NCBI RefSeq assembly: GCF_014199915.1
Contig: NZ_JACHOO010000004.1
Location: 18,024 to 42,023 of the forward strand
Origin: Prosthecomicrobium pneumaticum
GTDB taxonomy: Bacteria > Pseudomonadota > Alphaproteobacteria > Rhizobiales > Kaistiaceae
Length of the DNA: 24,000 nucleotides
Reading direction: 5' to 3'
Shown here one piece after another: positions 7,833 through 15,065 of this stretch (positions are counted from its first letter, which is position 1; each line of letters opens with the position of its first letter). The position numbers were made by a program, and so were the translations under genes. The notes beneath the pieces were generated by a model. That model was given only the letters and a program-made list of their open reading frames with translations. It was not told the DNA's origin and did no database searches.

Positions 7833-9443
7833 ATGGGCATGACCGCCGCGCCCCGGTGCGGCTCGACCGGATTTTGCTCAGGATCTTCGTCCATGACGGC
7901 CCCCGCCCTCGCTTCCGCCGCCGCAACCGACTCGCTCGCCGCCGAGGTCGCGCGCATCCTCACCGCGCTCGGCGCCGCGCCGGAGCGTTTCACGGACGGC
8001 GCGCGGATCGTCCGCTCGCCGATCGACGGATCGGAGATCGGCCGCGTCGCCGACGCCTCGCCCGACGAGGTGGCCGCCGCGATCGGCCGGGCGCGGGCGG
8101 CCTTCCTCGCCTGGCGCGCCGTTCCGGCGCCGCGGCGCGGCGAGTTCGTCCGCCGCCTCGGCGAGGCGCTCCGCGCCGCGAAGGACGATCTCGGCCGGCT
8201 GGTCTCGATCGAGGCCGGCAAGATCGTCTCCGAGGGCCTCGGCGAGGTGCAGGAGATGATCGACATCTGCGATTTCGCCGTCGGCCTGTCGCGCCAGCTC
8301 TACGGCCTCACCATGGGCTCGGAGCGCGCCGACCACCGGCTGCAGGAACAGTGGCATCCGGCGGGCGTCGTCGGCGTGATCAGCGCCTTCAACTTCCCTG
8401 TCGCGGTGTGGAGCTGGAACGCCGCGCTCGCTTTCGTCTGCGGCGACAGCGTGGTGTGGAAGCCGTCGGAGAAGACGCCGCTCACCGCGCTCGCCGTTTC
8501 GGCGCTGGTCGACCGGGTGATCGCCGATTTTCCCGAGGCGCCGGCCGGCCTTTCCGAACTCGTGCTCGGGGCGCGCGACACCGGAGCGGCGCTCGTCGGC
8601 GATGCCCGCGTGCCCGTCGTCTCGGCGACCGGCTCGACCGCCATGGGCCGGATCGTCGGCCGCGCGGTGGCGGACCGCTTCGGCCGGGCGATTCTCGAGC
8701 TCGGCGGCAACAATGCCTCGATCGTCGCGCCCTCGGCCGATCTCGACCTGGCGCTGCGCGCCATCGCCTTCGGCGCGATGGGCACGGCCGGCCAGCGCTG
8801 CACAACGCTGCGGCGGCTGATCGTGCACGAGAGCGTCTATGACCGGCTGGTGCCGCGGCTGATCGAGGTCTATCGCTCGGTGCGGATCGGCGATCCGCTC
8901 GAGGAGGGCGTGCTCGTCGGCCCGCTGATCGACGCGGCGGCGATCGCCGGCATGGAGAAGGCGCTCGCCGCGGCCTCGGCCGCCGGCGGAACGGTGCATG
9001 GCGGCGGCCGCGCCGCGGTCGCCGGCCTCGAGGGCGGCCATTATGTCCGCCCGGCGCTCGTCGAGATGCCGGCGCAGACGGGGCCGGTGATCGAGGAGAC
9101 CTTCGCGCCGATCCTCTATGTGCTGCGCTATTCGACCTTCGAGGAGGCGATCGCGCTGCAGAACGGGGTGCCGCAGGGCCTCTCCTCCTCGATCTTCACC
9201 ACCGACATGCGCGAGGCGGACCGCTTCCTCTCGGCGCTCGGCTCGGATTGCGGCATCGCCAATGTGAACATGGGCACATCGGGCGCCGAGATCGGCGGCG
9301 CCTTCGGCGGCGAGAAGGAGACCGGCGGCGGCCGGGAATCCGGCTCCGACGCCTGGAAGGCCTATATGCGGCGGATGACGAGCGCGATCAATTACGGCTC
9401 CGCCATGCCGCTCGCGCAAGGCGTGCGCTTCGACGTCGGCTGA
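7833..9443 (+). CDS. amaB: ALDH7-type aldehyde dehydrogenase (alpha-aminoadipic semialdehyde / piperideine-6-carboxylate dehydrogenase)
   Basis: ISAFNFPVAVWSWNAALAFVCGDSVVWKPSEKTPLTA, ELGGNNA, GTAGQRCTTLRRL and the C-terminal GSDCGIANVNMGTSGAEIGGAFGGEKETGGGRESGSDAWKAYMRRMTSAINY closely mirror the antiquitin/ALDH7 family. The start is uncertain: ATG 7833 gives the longest ORF, while in-frame ATG 7893 (MTAPALASAA...) gives a more typical ~516 aa. Confidence 0.88.
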   Translation: MGMTAAPRCGSTGFCSGSSSMTAPALASAAATDSLAAEVARILTALGAAPERFTDGARIVRSPIDGSEIGRVADASPDEVAAAIGRARAAFLAWRAVPAPRRGEFVRRLGEALRAAKDDLGRLVSIEAGKIVSEGLGEVQEMIDICDFAVGLSRQLYGLTMGSERADHRLQEQWHPAGVVGVISAFNFPVAVWSWNAALAFVCGDSVVWKPSEKTPLTALAVSALVDRVIADFPEAPAGLSELVLGARDTGAALVGDARVPVVSATGSTAMGRIVGRAVADRFGRAILELGGNNASIVAPSADLDLALRAIAFGAMGTAGQRCTTLRRLIVHESVYDRLVPRLIEVYRSVRIGDPLEEGVLVGPLIDAAAIAGMEKALAAASAAGGTVHGGGRAAVAGLEGGHYVRPALVEMPAQTGPVIEETFAPILYVLRYSTFEEAIALQNGVPQGLSSSIFTTDMREADRFLSALGSDCGIANVNMGTSGAEIGGAFGGEKETGGGRESGSDAWKAYMRRMTSAINYGSAMPLAQGVRFDVG

Positions 9444-9465
9444 GATTCGCGCCGCGCGCGCCCGG

Positions 9466-10419
9466 TCAGCCGGGCGCGATGCGGTTCACGAGCGTGCCGA
9501 TCCTCTCGACCGTCAGCGCGACCGTATCGCCGCGTTCGAGATAGCGGCCGAGTTCGAGGCCGCAGCCGGCCGGCGCCGTGCCGAAGCCGATCAGTTCCCC
9601 CGGAAAGAGCCGTTCGTCGCGCGACAGATGGGCGAGGAGGTCGGCCGGGGCGTGCAGCATGCCGTCGAGCCGGGAGCGGGCGATGGTCTCGCCATTGATC
9701 GCCACCGAGACGGCGAGGCCGCGCGGATCGCCGATCTCGTCGGCCGTGACGATCCACGGCCCGAGCGCGTTCGCGCCGTCGAAGCTCTTCGATTTCGACG
9801 GGCCGAAGCCGGCCCGCGTCTCGTCGAGCTGCAGGTCGCGGGCGGAGAAATCGTTGTAGATCGTGTAGCCGAAGATGTGGCGGGCCGCCGCGTCGGGGGC
9901 GATGTCGCGGCCGCCGCGGCCGATCACGAGGCCGAGTTCGAGCTCGTAGTCGATGACGCGGCTCGCGCCCGGCCAGGCGATCGCGGCGCCGTGGCCGACC
10001 ACGTTCATGCGGTTCTGGAAGTAGAAGACCGGCCGCTCGGCGAAGGCGGCGGGCACGGCGTCGAGCGGCTGCGCGTCCGGCTCGCCGGCGAGCCGCCGCA
10101 TGCCGGCCGGCGCATGGCGCACATGCTGCGCGAAGAGCGCGCATTCGCGGATCTGGGTCGGCTGCGGCAAGGGCGCGAGAAAGCGGAACGCGCCGAGCGG
10201 CCGGGAAAGGCTCTCATCCCCGGCCTGCGCCGCGAGAAGCCCCGCGGCGACCGAAAGCGCTTCCGGGCCGGCCGCGACGAGATCGAGCATGGTGGCGTAG
10301 AGGGAGGGATCGGCGCCCGCGCGCCGTGCCGCCGCGGCGAGATCGAAGGCGCGGCGGTCGCCGTCATGGATCGCCGCGACGAAGGGCGCGCCGTCGGCCG
10401 CGAGCGTCGCGAGCTTCAT
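9466..10419 (-). CDS. Fumarylacetoacetate hydrolase (FAH) family protein
   Basis: This is the C-terminal 317 codons of track ORF 9466..10887. Start ATG at 10419 (MKLATLAADGAPFVAAI...). The FAH-fold motifs are ...VIDYELELGLVIGRGGRDI...IFGYTIYNDFSARDLQ...GPSKSKSFDGANALGPWIVT...GELIGFGT. An ATGA overlap (10416-10419) joins it to the upstream gene. Confidence 0.88.
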   Translation of the reverse strand: MKLATLAADGAPFVAAIHDGDRRAFDLAAAARRAGADPSLYATMLDLVAAGPEALSVAAGLLAAQAGDESLSRPLGAFRFLAPLPQPTQIRECALFAQHVRHAPAGMRRLAGEPDAQPLDAVPAAFAERPVFYFQNRMNVVGHGAAIAWPGASRVIDYELELGLVIGRGGRDIAPDAAARHIFGYTIYNDFSARDLQLDETRAGFGPSKSKSFDGANALGPWIVTADEIGDPRGLAVSVAINGETIARSRLDGMLHAPADLLAHLSRDERLFPGELIGFGTAPAGCGLELGRYLERGDTVALTVERIGTLVNRIAPG

Positions 10420-11339
10420 GCCGGGATCGCCTCCGGCTCCGGCATCGCCGCGGCATAGGCGGCGAAGCCTTCTGAAAGCGGCAGGCGCGGCCGCCAGCCG
10501 AGCGCGGCGGCGATGCGGGCGAGCGAAAAGTCCTCCTGTACCTCGGGCGCCGGGTCGCGGCCCTCGACGAGCTCGATCCGCGCCGCGGGCAGGACGCGGC
10601 GGGCGATCGCCGCGACCTCCGGCATGGTGAGCCGTTCGCCCGAGGTCACGTTGAGCGCCCCGAAAGGAAGGGCGGGGGCGTCGAGCGCGGCGAGGATCGC
10701 GCCGGCGACGTCGTCGACATGGATGAAGTGGTAGGGGAAGGCGGGATCGCAGGGGATCACCGTCGGGCGGCCCGCGGCGGCGTCGCGGATGATCTCGCGC
10801 AGGAAGCAATTGGCGCGCCGATGGGGTCCGTAGACGCGGGTGATGCGCAGGCTGACGCCCGGCACGCCGTAATCGCGCGCGAAGCACTCGACGAGCGCCT
10901 CGCCCGCGACTTTCGAGGCGGCATAGGCGGTGGCGGGATGGGGCGCCCGCTCCTCGTCGATCAGGCCGGCGCCGACATCGCCATAGACGACGTGCGAGGA
11001 GCAGAAGACGAAGCGGCCGATGCCCTGCCGGCGGGCGATGTCGAGGAGCCGGGCCGTCGCCGTCACATTGACGTCGACGATCGCGAGCGGCGTGTCGCGC
11101 GCCATCACCGGCGAGGACACCGCGCCGGCATGGACGATGGCGTCGACCGGCCCGGCGGCGAGATGCGCCTCGAGCGCGTCCATCTGCGCGAAGGAGAGCC
11201 GCACCAGCCCGGGATCGTCCCGGCCGAAATCCGTCATGTCGACCGCGAGCGCCCGGTCGCCGCGCGCGGCGAGGGCGCGGCGGACCGCGAGGCCGACCAG
11301 GCCGGCGCCGCCGGTGACGAGGACGCGCCGACCGCTCAT
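10416..11339 (-). CDS. NAD-dependent epimerase/dehydratase family protein (extended SDR)
   Basis: 307 aa. Rossmann motif VLVTGGAGLVGLAV and catalytic YAASKVAGE (YxxxK). Start and stop both sit in ATGA overlaps with neighbours. Confidence 0.88.
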   Translation of the reverse strand: MSGRRVLVTGGAGLVGLAVRRALAARGDRALAVDMTDFGRDDPGLVRLSFAQMDALEAHLAAGPVDAIVHAGAVSSPVMARDTPLAIVDVNVTATARLLDIARRQGIGRFVFCSSHVVYGDVGAGLIDEERAPHPATAYAASKVAGEALVECFARDYGVPGVSLRITRVYGPHRRANCFLREIIRDAAAGRPTVIPCDPAFPYHFIHVDDVAGAILAALDAPALPFGALNVTSGERLTMPEVAAIARRVLPAARIELVEGRDPAPEVQEDFSLARIAAALGWRPRLPLSEGFAAYAAAMPEPEAIPA

Positions 11340-12307
11340 CGCAGCGCCGGGGTCAAAAGGTCTTTGGCGAGCAGGCCGTGCACGCCCTTCTCGCCGTTGA
11401 CCACCTGGGTGACGTGGAAGTCGGCGGCGAGCGAGCAGAGCTGGTAGGCCTCGCGGCGCGACAGGGTGGTCCGCTCGGTGACCATGTCGATCATCGCCCG
11501 CACCGCCCGGCGCATCGCCTCGTCGAGATCCTCGTCCATGCCCATGCTGAGCAGATGGGTCGGCGTCTCGCCGCGCGGAAAGCCGAGGAGGGGCGCATCG
11601 CCGGTCTTCTTGTGCAGGATGAAGGTGAAGGTGCCGTTGAGGCCGGTCTCGACCGCGGTGACGCAGACCTCGCCATGCCCCTGCGCGCCATGGCCGTCGC
11701 CGACCGAGAACAGCGCGCCCTCCGCCCAGACCGGCAGGAAGAGGGTGGCGCCGGGGCCGAGGTCCTTGTTGTCGAGATTGCCGCCGTGCAGCCGCGGCTC
11801 GCGCGAGGAGAGCTCGCCGTAATGCGGCGGCGGCGCGACGCCCATCACGCCGAAGAAGGGCGAAAGCGGCAGCGCGCCGCCCCAGGGGAGGGTGGCGACG
11901 CGGCGGGCGCGGTCGATCGGCAGATGGTCGAGCACGCGCTGCGGCATGACGAAATCATCCGGCAGCGTGCCCTCGAAGGGCTCGACGACGTTGAAGGCCC
12001 AGTCGGTGCCGAGCTCGACGGCGTCGATGCGCACTTCGAGCATGTCGCCCGGCTCGGCCCCCTCGATCGCCACCGGCCCGGTCAGGAGATGGCCGAAGCG
12101 CACCGGCAGGTTTGCCGCGTGGATCGCCCGGTGGGCGGCCGAGACGGTCATGCCGGACCCTTCCGGCGGCAGCAGCGCGGGGAGGCCGGTCAGGCACTCG
12201 ATCGTCACGCTGTCGCCGGAGGCGACGGTCAAGGCCGGCGGGATCGACGCGGCGAAGCGGCCCCACTGCACGGTTTCGGGTGTCGCGGCGAGGTGGTGAT
12301 GGGCCAT
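11336..12307 (-). CDS. Acetamidase/formamidase (FmdA/AmdA) family protein
   Basis: 323 aa. MAHHHLAATPETVQWGRF...GDSVTIECLTG...LTGPVAIEGAEPGDMLEVRI...GGNLDNKDLGPGATLFLPV...GALFSVGDGHGAQGHGEV is the family's characteristic motif series. It is the first gene of a three-gene coupled operon. Confidence 0.85.
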   Translation of the reverse strand: MAHHHLAATPETVQWGRFAASIPPALTVASGDSVTIECLTGLPALLPPEGSGMTVSAAHRAIHAANLPVRFGHLLTGPVAIEGAEPGDMLEVRIDAVELGTDWAFNVVEPFEGTLPDDFVMPQRVLDHLPIDRARRVATLPWGGALPLSPFFGVMGVAPPPHYGELSSREPRLHGGNLDNKDLGPGATLFLPVWAEGALFSVGDGHGAQGHGEVCVTAVETGLNGTFTFILHKKTGDAPLLGFPRGETPTHLLSMGMDEDLDEAMRRAVRAMIDMVTERTTLSRREAYQLCSLAADFHVTQVVNGEKGVHGLLAKDLLTPALR

Positions 12308-12343
12308 GGCGGCATCCCGTGAGGAGAACAGAGGTCCGACGTC

Positions 12344-12377
12344 TCGACAGGTTCAGCCGTGCCGTGCCGCCTGTCAA
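12344..12377. promoter_or_regulatory. Inverted repeat TCGACAGG-N18-CCTGTCAA overlapping a perfect TTGACA (minus strand), upstream of the amidase/SDR/FAH operon
   Basis: Read directly. The minus strand reads CTTGACAGG CGGCACGGCACGGCTGAA CCTGTCGAG, 37-70 nt upstream of ATG 12307. 7 of 8 arm positions are complementary. No convincing -10 hexamer is seen. Confidence 0.25.
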
Positions 12378-12515
12378 GCGCGGTGAGGCCGAGCGGCAGC
12401 GGGCGGCAGGGCGCGGGCCGGCAGAGGCCACCGCCCTCGGTTCGAGGAGCGGTGATCGCCTCACGCGTGCCGCTGCCGGCGTCGGCCGCCCGGTATCCTC
12501 CGGGCGTGGGCGCTG

Positions 12516-12531
12516 AGCCTCGGCCGAGGCT
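12516..12531 (-). terminator. 16-bp perfect GC-rich palindrome AGCCTCGGCCGAGGCT, 15 nt downstream of the efeB stop; possible terminator hairpin
   Basis: Read directly. It would form a 6-bp stem with a 4-nt loop. No U-tract follows on the minus strand, so intrinsic-terminator status is doubtful. Confidence 0.25.
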
Positions 12532-12546
12532 TGGCCGGCGCGGCGC

Positions 12547-13809
12547 TCAGGCGAAGAGCGGGGCGCCGATATAGGAGCCCTCGGGGGCCGCCGGCGGCAC
12601 GAAGAAGATCGCCGAGCCGATATGGCTCACATATTCGCTCAGCCGGTCGGCGGCGCCGAGGCGGGCCTGGATCCGTTCGAAATGGGCGGGATCGTTCTGG
12701 TAGGAGATGAAGAGGAGCCCCGCGTCGAGCTGGCCGAGGGCGTTGATGCCGTCGGTATAATTGTAGGAGCGGCGGAGAATCTTGACGCCGTCATTGTTCT
12801 CCGGCGCCGCGAGCGCGACATGCGAGGCGGGCGGGATCACCGGCGCGCCGGCGGCGTCGCGGAGCGCGAAGTCGGGCGTGTCGAACTCGTCTCTGCCCGA
12901 TAGCGGCGCACCGGACTGTTTGAACCGGCCGAACACCGCGTTCTGGTCGCCGATCCGGTCGGTGTCCCAGTTCTCGATGTGCATCTCGATCTTGCGCACC
13001 ACCTGATAGCTGCCGCCGCGGATCCCCTGCGGCCCGTCGCCGATCCACACGAAGCGGTCGAAATCGGCGTCGCCGCGGATGTTGCGCGTGCCGTCCTTGT
13101 AGCCGAAGAGGTTGCGTGGCGTCGTCTGGCCCGGGCCTGCCGAGGCGCGGCCGAAGCCGAGCACGGCGAAGCGGGTCGCCGCCGTGCCGGTCGTCCGGGC
13201 GATGCGGGCGAGATCGCGCACCGCGTGATAGGCGACCTGCGGATCGTCGGCGCAGGCCTGGACCGACAGGTCGCCGCCGGAAAATTCCGGCTTCAGCGCG
13301 TCGCTCGGCAGCGGCGCGAGCGGCCGCAGGCCCGCCGGCCGCTGCGCCGCGAGGCCATAGCGATCGGAAAACACCGCCGGGCCGAGCCCGAAGGTCACGG
13401 TGAGCGCGGCCGGGCCGAGGCCGAGCGCCTCGCCGGTGTCGAGGCCGACCGCATCCGGCCGGGCCGGCTCGATCCGGCCGATCGCGCCGCCCTTCATCAT
13501 CTGCGCCGCCGCCGCCGACCAGCGTGCGAGGAGGTGCTGCAGGTCGGCGCGCTGCGGCGAGACGAGATCGAAGGTCATGAAGACGATGTGGCGCTGCGGC
13601 GGCGTGCGGATGCCCGCCTGTTCCGCGGTGCCGTAGAAGGGATAGGTCCGCGCCAGATCGACGAGGTCTTCGGCGTCCGGTGGTGCAGCCGCAGCGGCGG
13701 GCGAGGCCGTCGTTGCCGCGAGCGTGGCGCCCACCGTGCCGGCCGCGGCGCCGAACAGCAGGCCGCGACGGGAGAGGGCGGGACGGGCGGGGCGGGATGT
13801 CTCGGTCAT
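12547..13809 (-). CDS. efeB: Iron-uptake deferrochelatase/peroxidase EfeB (Dyp-type peroxidase, Tat-exported)
   Basis: This is the C-terminal 420 codons of track ORF 12547..14670. Start ATG at 13809. Twin-arginine signal MTETSRPARPALSRRGLLFGAAAG, then Dyp-type motifs (...FGYKDGTRNI...HVALAAP...RRSYNY...GLLFISYQ...). The start shares one nt with the efeO stop (TGATG). Confidence 0.93.
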   Translation of the reverse strand: MTETSRPARPALSRRGLLFGAAAGTVGATLAATTASPAAAAAPPDAEDLVDLARTYPFYGTAEQAGIRTPPQRHIVFMTFDLVSPQRADLQHLLARWSAAAAQMMKGGAIGRIEPARPDAVGLDTGEALGLGPAALTVTFGLGPAVFSDRYGLAAQRPAGLRPLAPLPSDALKPEFSGGDLSVQACADDPQVAYHAVRDLARIARTTGTAATRFAVLGFGRASAGPGQTTPRNLFGYKDGTRNIRGDADFDRFVWIGDGPQGIRGGSYQVVRKIEMHIENWDTDRIGDQNAVFGRFKQSGAPLSGRDEFDTPDFALRDAAGAPVIPPASHVALAAPENNDGVKILRRSYNYTDGINALGQLDAGLLFISYQNDPAHFERIQARLGAADRLSEYVSHIGSAIFFVPPAAPEGSYIGAPLFA

Positions 13810-15065
13810 CAGTTCGCCGTCGCGACTTTTTCGGCGATGCGGGCGAGCGGCTCCTGCAGCGCGGCGATCGTCCGGCTGAGCTTCGGCGCCTCGGCGTCCC
13901 GGAGCGCCGCGGTGTAGGTCGCATAGCCGCCCGGCGTCTGCGGGTCGCGATAGGCGGCGAGTGCGGTCTTCACGGCGGCGAAGGCGGCCTTCACCCGCGC
14001 GGCGAGGTCGGGGTCGATCCGCTCGAGCCCGGGCTCGAGGAAGGCGAAGGCCTGTTCTGCGCCTTCGACATTGCCGGCGAAATCGACGAGGTCGATGTGG
14101 CTGTAGGATTCTTCCTCGCCGCTGACCTTGTTGGTCTGCACCTCCTCGAGCAGGCTCGCGGCGCCGTTCGCAAGATCTTCGGGCTTGTAGGCGAGCGTCT
14201 TCACCCGGGTGCGCAGCAGCTCGACATTCCGTTCGAGTTCGACGCCGAGCGCCTTCGTCGATGCGGTGATCGCGCCGCTCTCGAAGAGATCCCGCTCGAT
14301 GGCGTGGAAGCCGTGCCAGCCGACCGCGGGATCGAGGTTCGAGGCGCGCATGTCGACGAGATAATCGAGATTGCCCGCATTGTCGGTGAGCGCATGGCCG
14401 TCGAGCACGAAGCCGTCGACATCCGATTCGATGCGTTCGTAGAAGGGGCGGGCGAGCGCGTAGTCGCGCCGGGCGGCGGCGAGGTCGCCGGCGTCGATGT
14501 CGGCGCGCAGCCGCCCGACCGCGGTCGCCATCGCGTCGACGATGCCGTCGACATAGTGGGCGTAGCCCGCGGCGCCTTCGGCGAGCAGGGCTGCGGTGTC
14601 GCTCGTCGCCGTTGCGGCCGCCGCGCCGGTCACGGTGAAGGCCTGCATCTCCTGCGCCGCGCCGGGGCAATAGATGGCGTAGCCGCCGCCGCCGAGCGTT
14701 ACGGTGAAGGCGACGGTCGGCAGGCCCGGCGCGAGATTCTCCTTCTCGCCGAGAATGCGGTCGTCGCCGAGCAGTTCGAGTTCGACGAGGCCCGGGGCGC
14801 TCCTGTTGGTGACCGAGAAGGTGACCGGACCGGCCGGCGCGCTCGCATGGTCGAGGACGCAGCGCCCACCTTCGTCTCCGAGGAGGGTGATCGCCACCTG
14901 CGCGACGCCGTCCTTGACCGGCGCGGCATCGGTCTCCGCCCGCGCGGCGGGGGAGAGGGCGACGAGCGCGGCGAGACCGGCCGCGGCGGCGAGCGCCGGG
15001 TGGCGGCGCACAGGGCGCAGGGTGGCCGGCGTCGTCGCCGCGATGTTCCGGGTCTCAGGTCGCAT
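13809..15065 (-). CDS. efeO: Iron-uptake periplasmic protein EfeO (N-terminal cupredoxin-like domain + M75 peptidase-like domain)
   Basis: This is the C-terminal 418 codons of track ORF 13809..15329. Start ATG at 15065, preceded by AAGGAG. Signal peptide ...ALVALSPAARA/ETD. The cupredoxin-like segment is (PVTFSVTN...YAIYCPG). The M75-domain HxxE is in WHGFHAIERDLF. Confidence 0.92.
   Translation of the reverse strand: MRPETRNIAATTPATLRPVRRHPALAAAAGLAALVALSPAARAETDAAPVKDGVAQVAITLLGDEGGRCVLDHASAPAGPVTFSVTNRSAPGLVELELLGDDRILGEKENLAPGLPTVAFTVTLGGGGYAIYCPGAAQEMQAFTVTGAAAATATSDTAALLAEGAAGYAHYVDGIVDAMATAVGRLRADIDAGDLAAARRDYALARPFYERIESDVDGFVLDGHALTDNAGNLDYLVDMRASNLDPAVGWHGFHAIERDLFESGAITASTKALGVELERNVELLRTRVKTLAYKPEDLANGAASLLEEVQTNKVSGEEESYSHIDLVDFAGNVEGAEQAFAFLEPGLERIDPDLAARVKAAFAAVKTALAAYRDPQTPGGYATYTAALRDAEAPKLSRTIAALQEPLARIAEKVATAN

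Noticed and set aside
13810-14670. N-terminal 287-aa extension of the efeB frame (track ORF 12547..14670, 707 aa). Similar upstream extensions occur in the efeO (to 15329), sitC (from 453), sitD (from 1460), PAT-GNAT (to 4209), FAH (to 10887), SIS (from 18767), BtpA (from 19822) and BMP (from 20714) frames.
   Set aside because: - The extensions overlap the preceding, well-supported gene in another frame.
- They are Arg/Pro-rich.
- In each case a start codon sits exactly at a stop/start overlap or behind a Shine-Dalgarno-like motif, where the recognisable protein (Tat or Sec signal, family N-terminus) begins.
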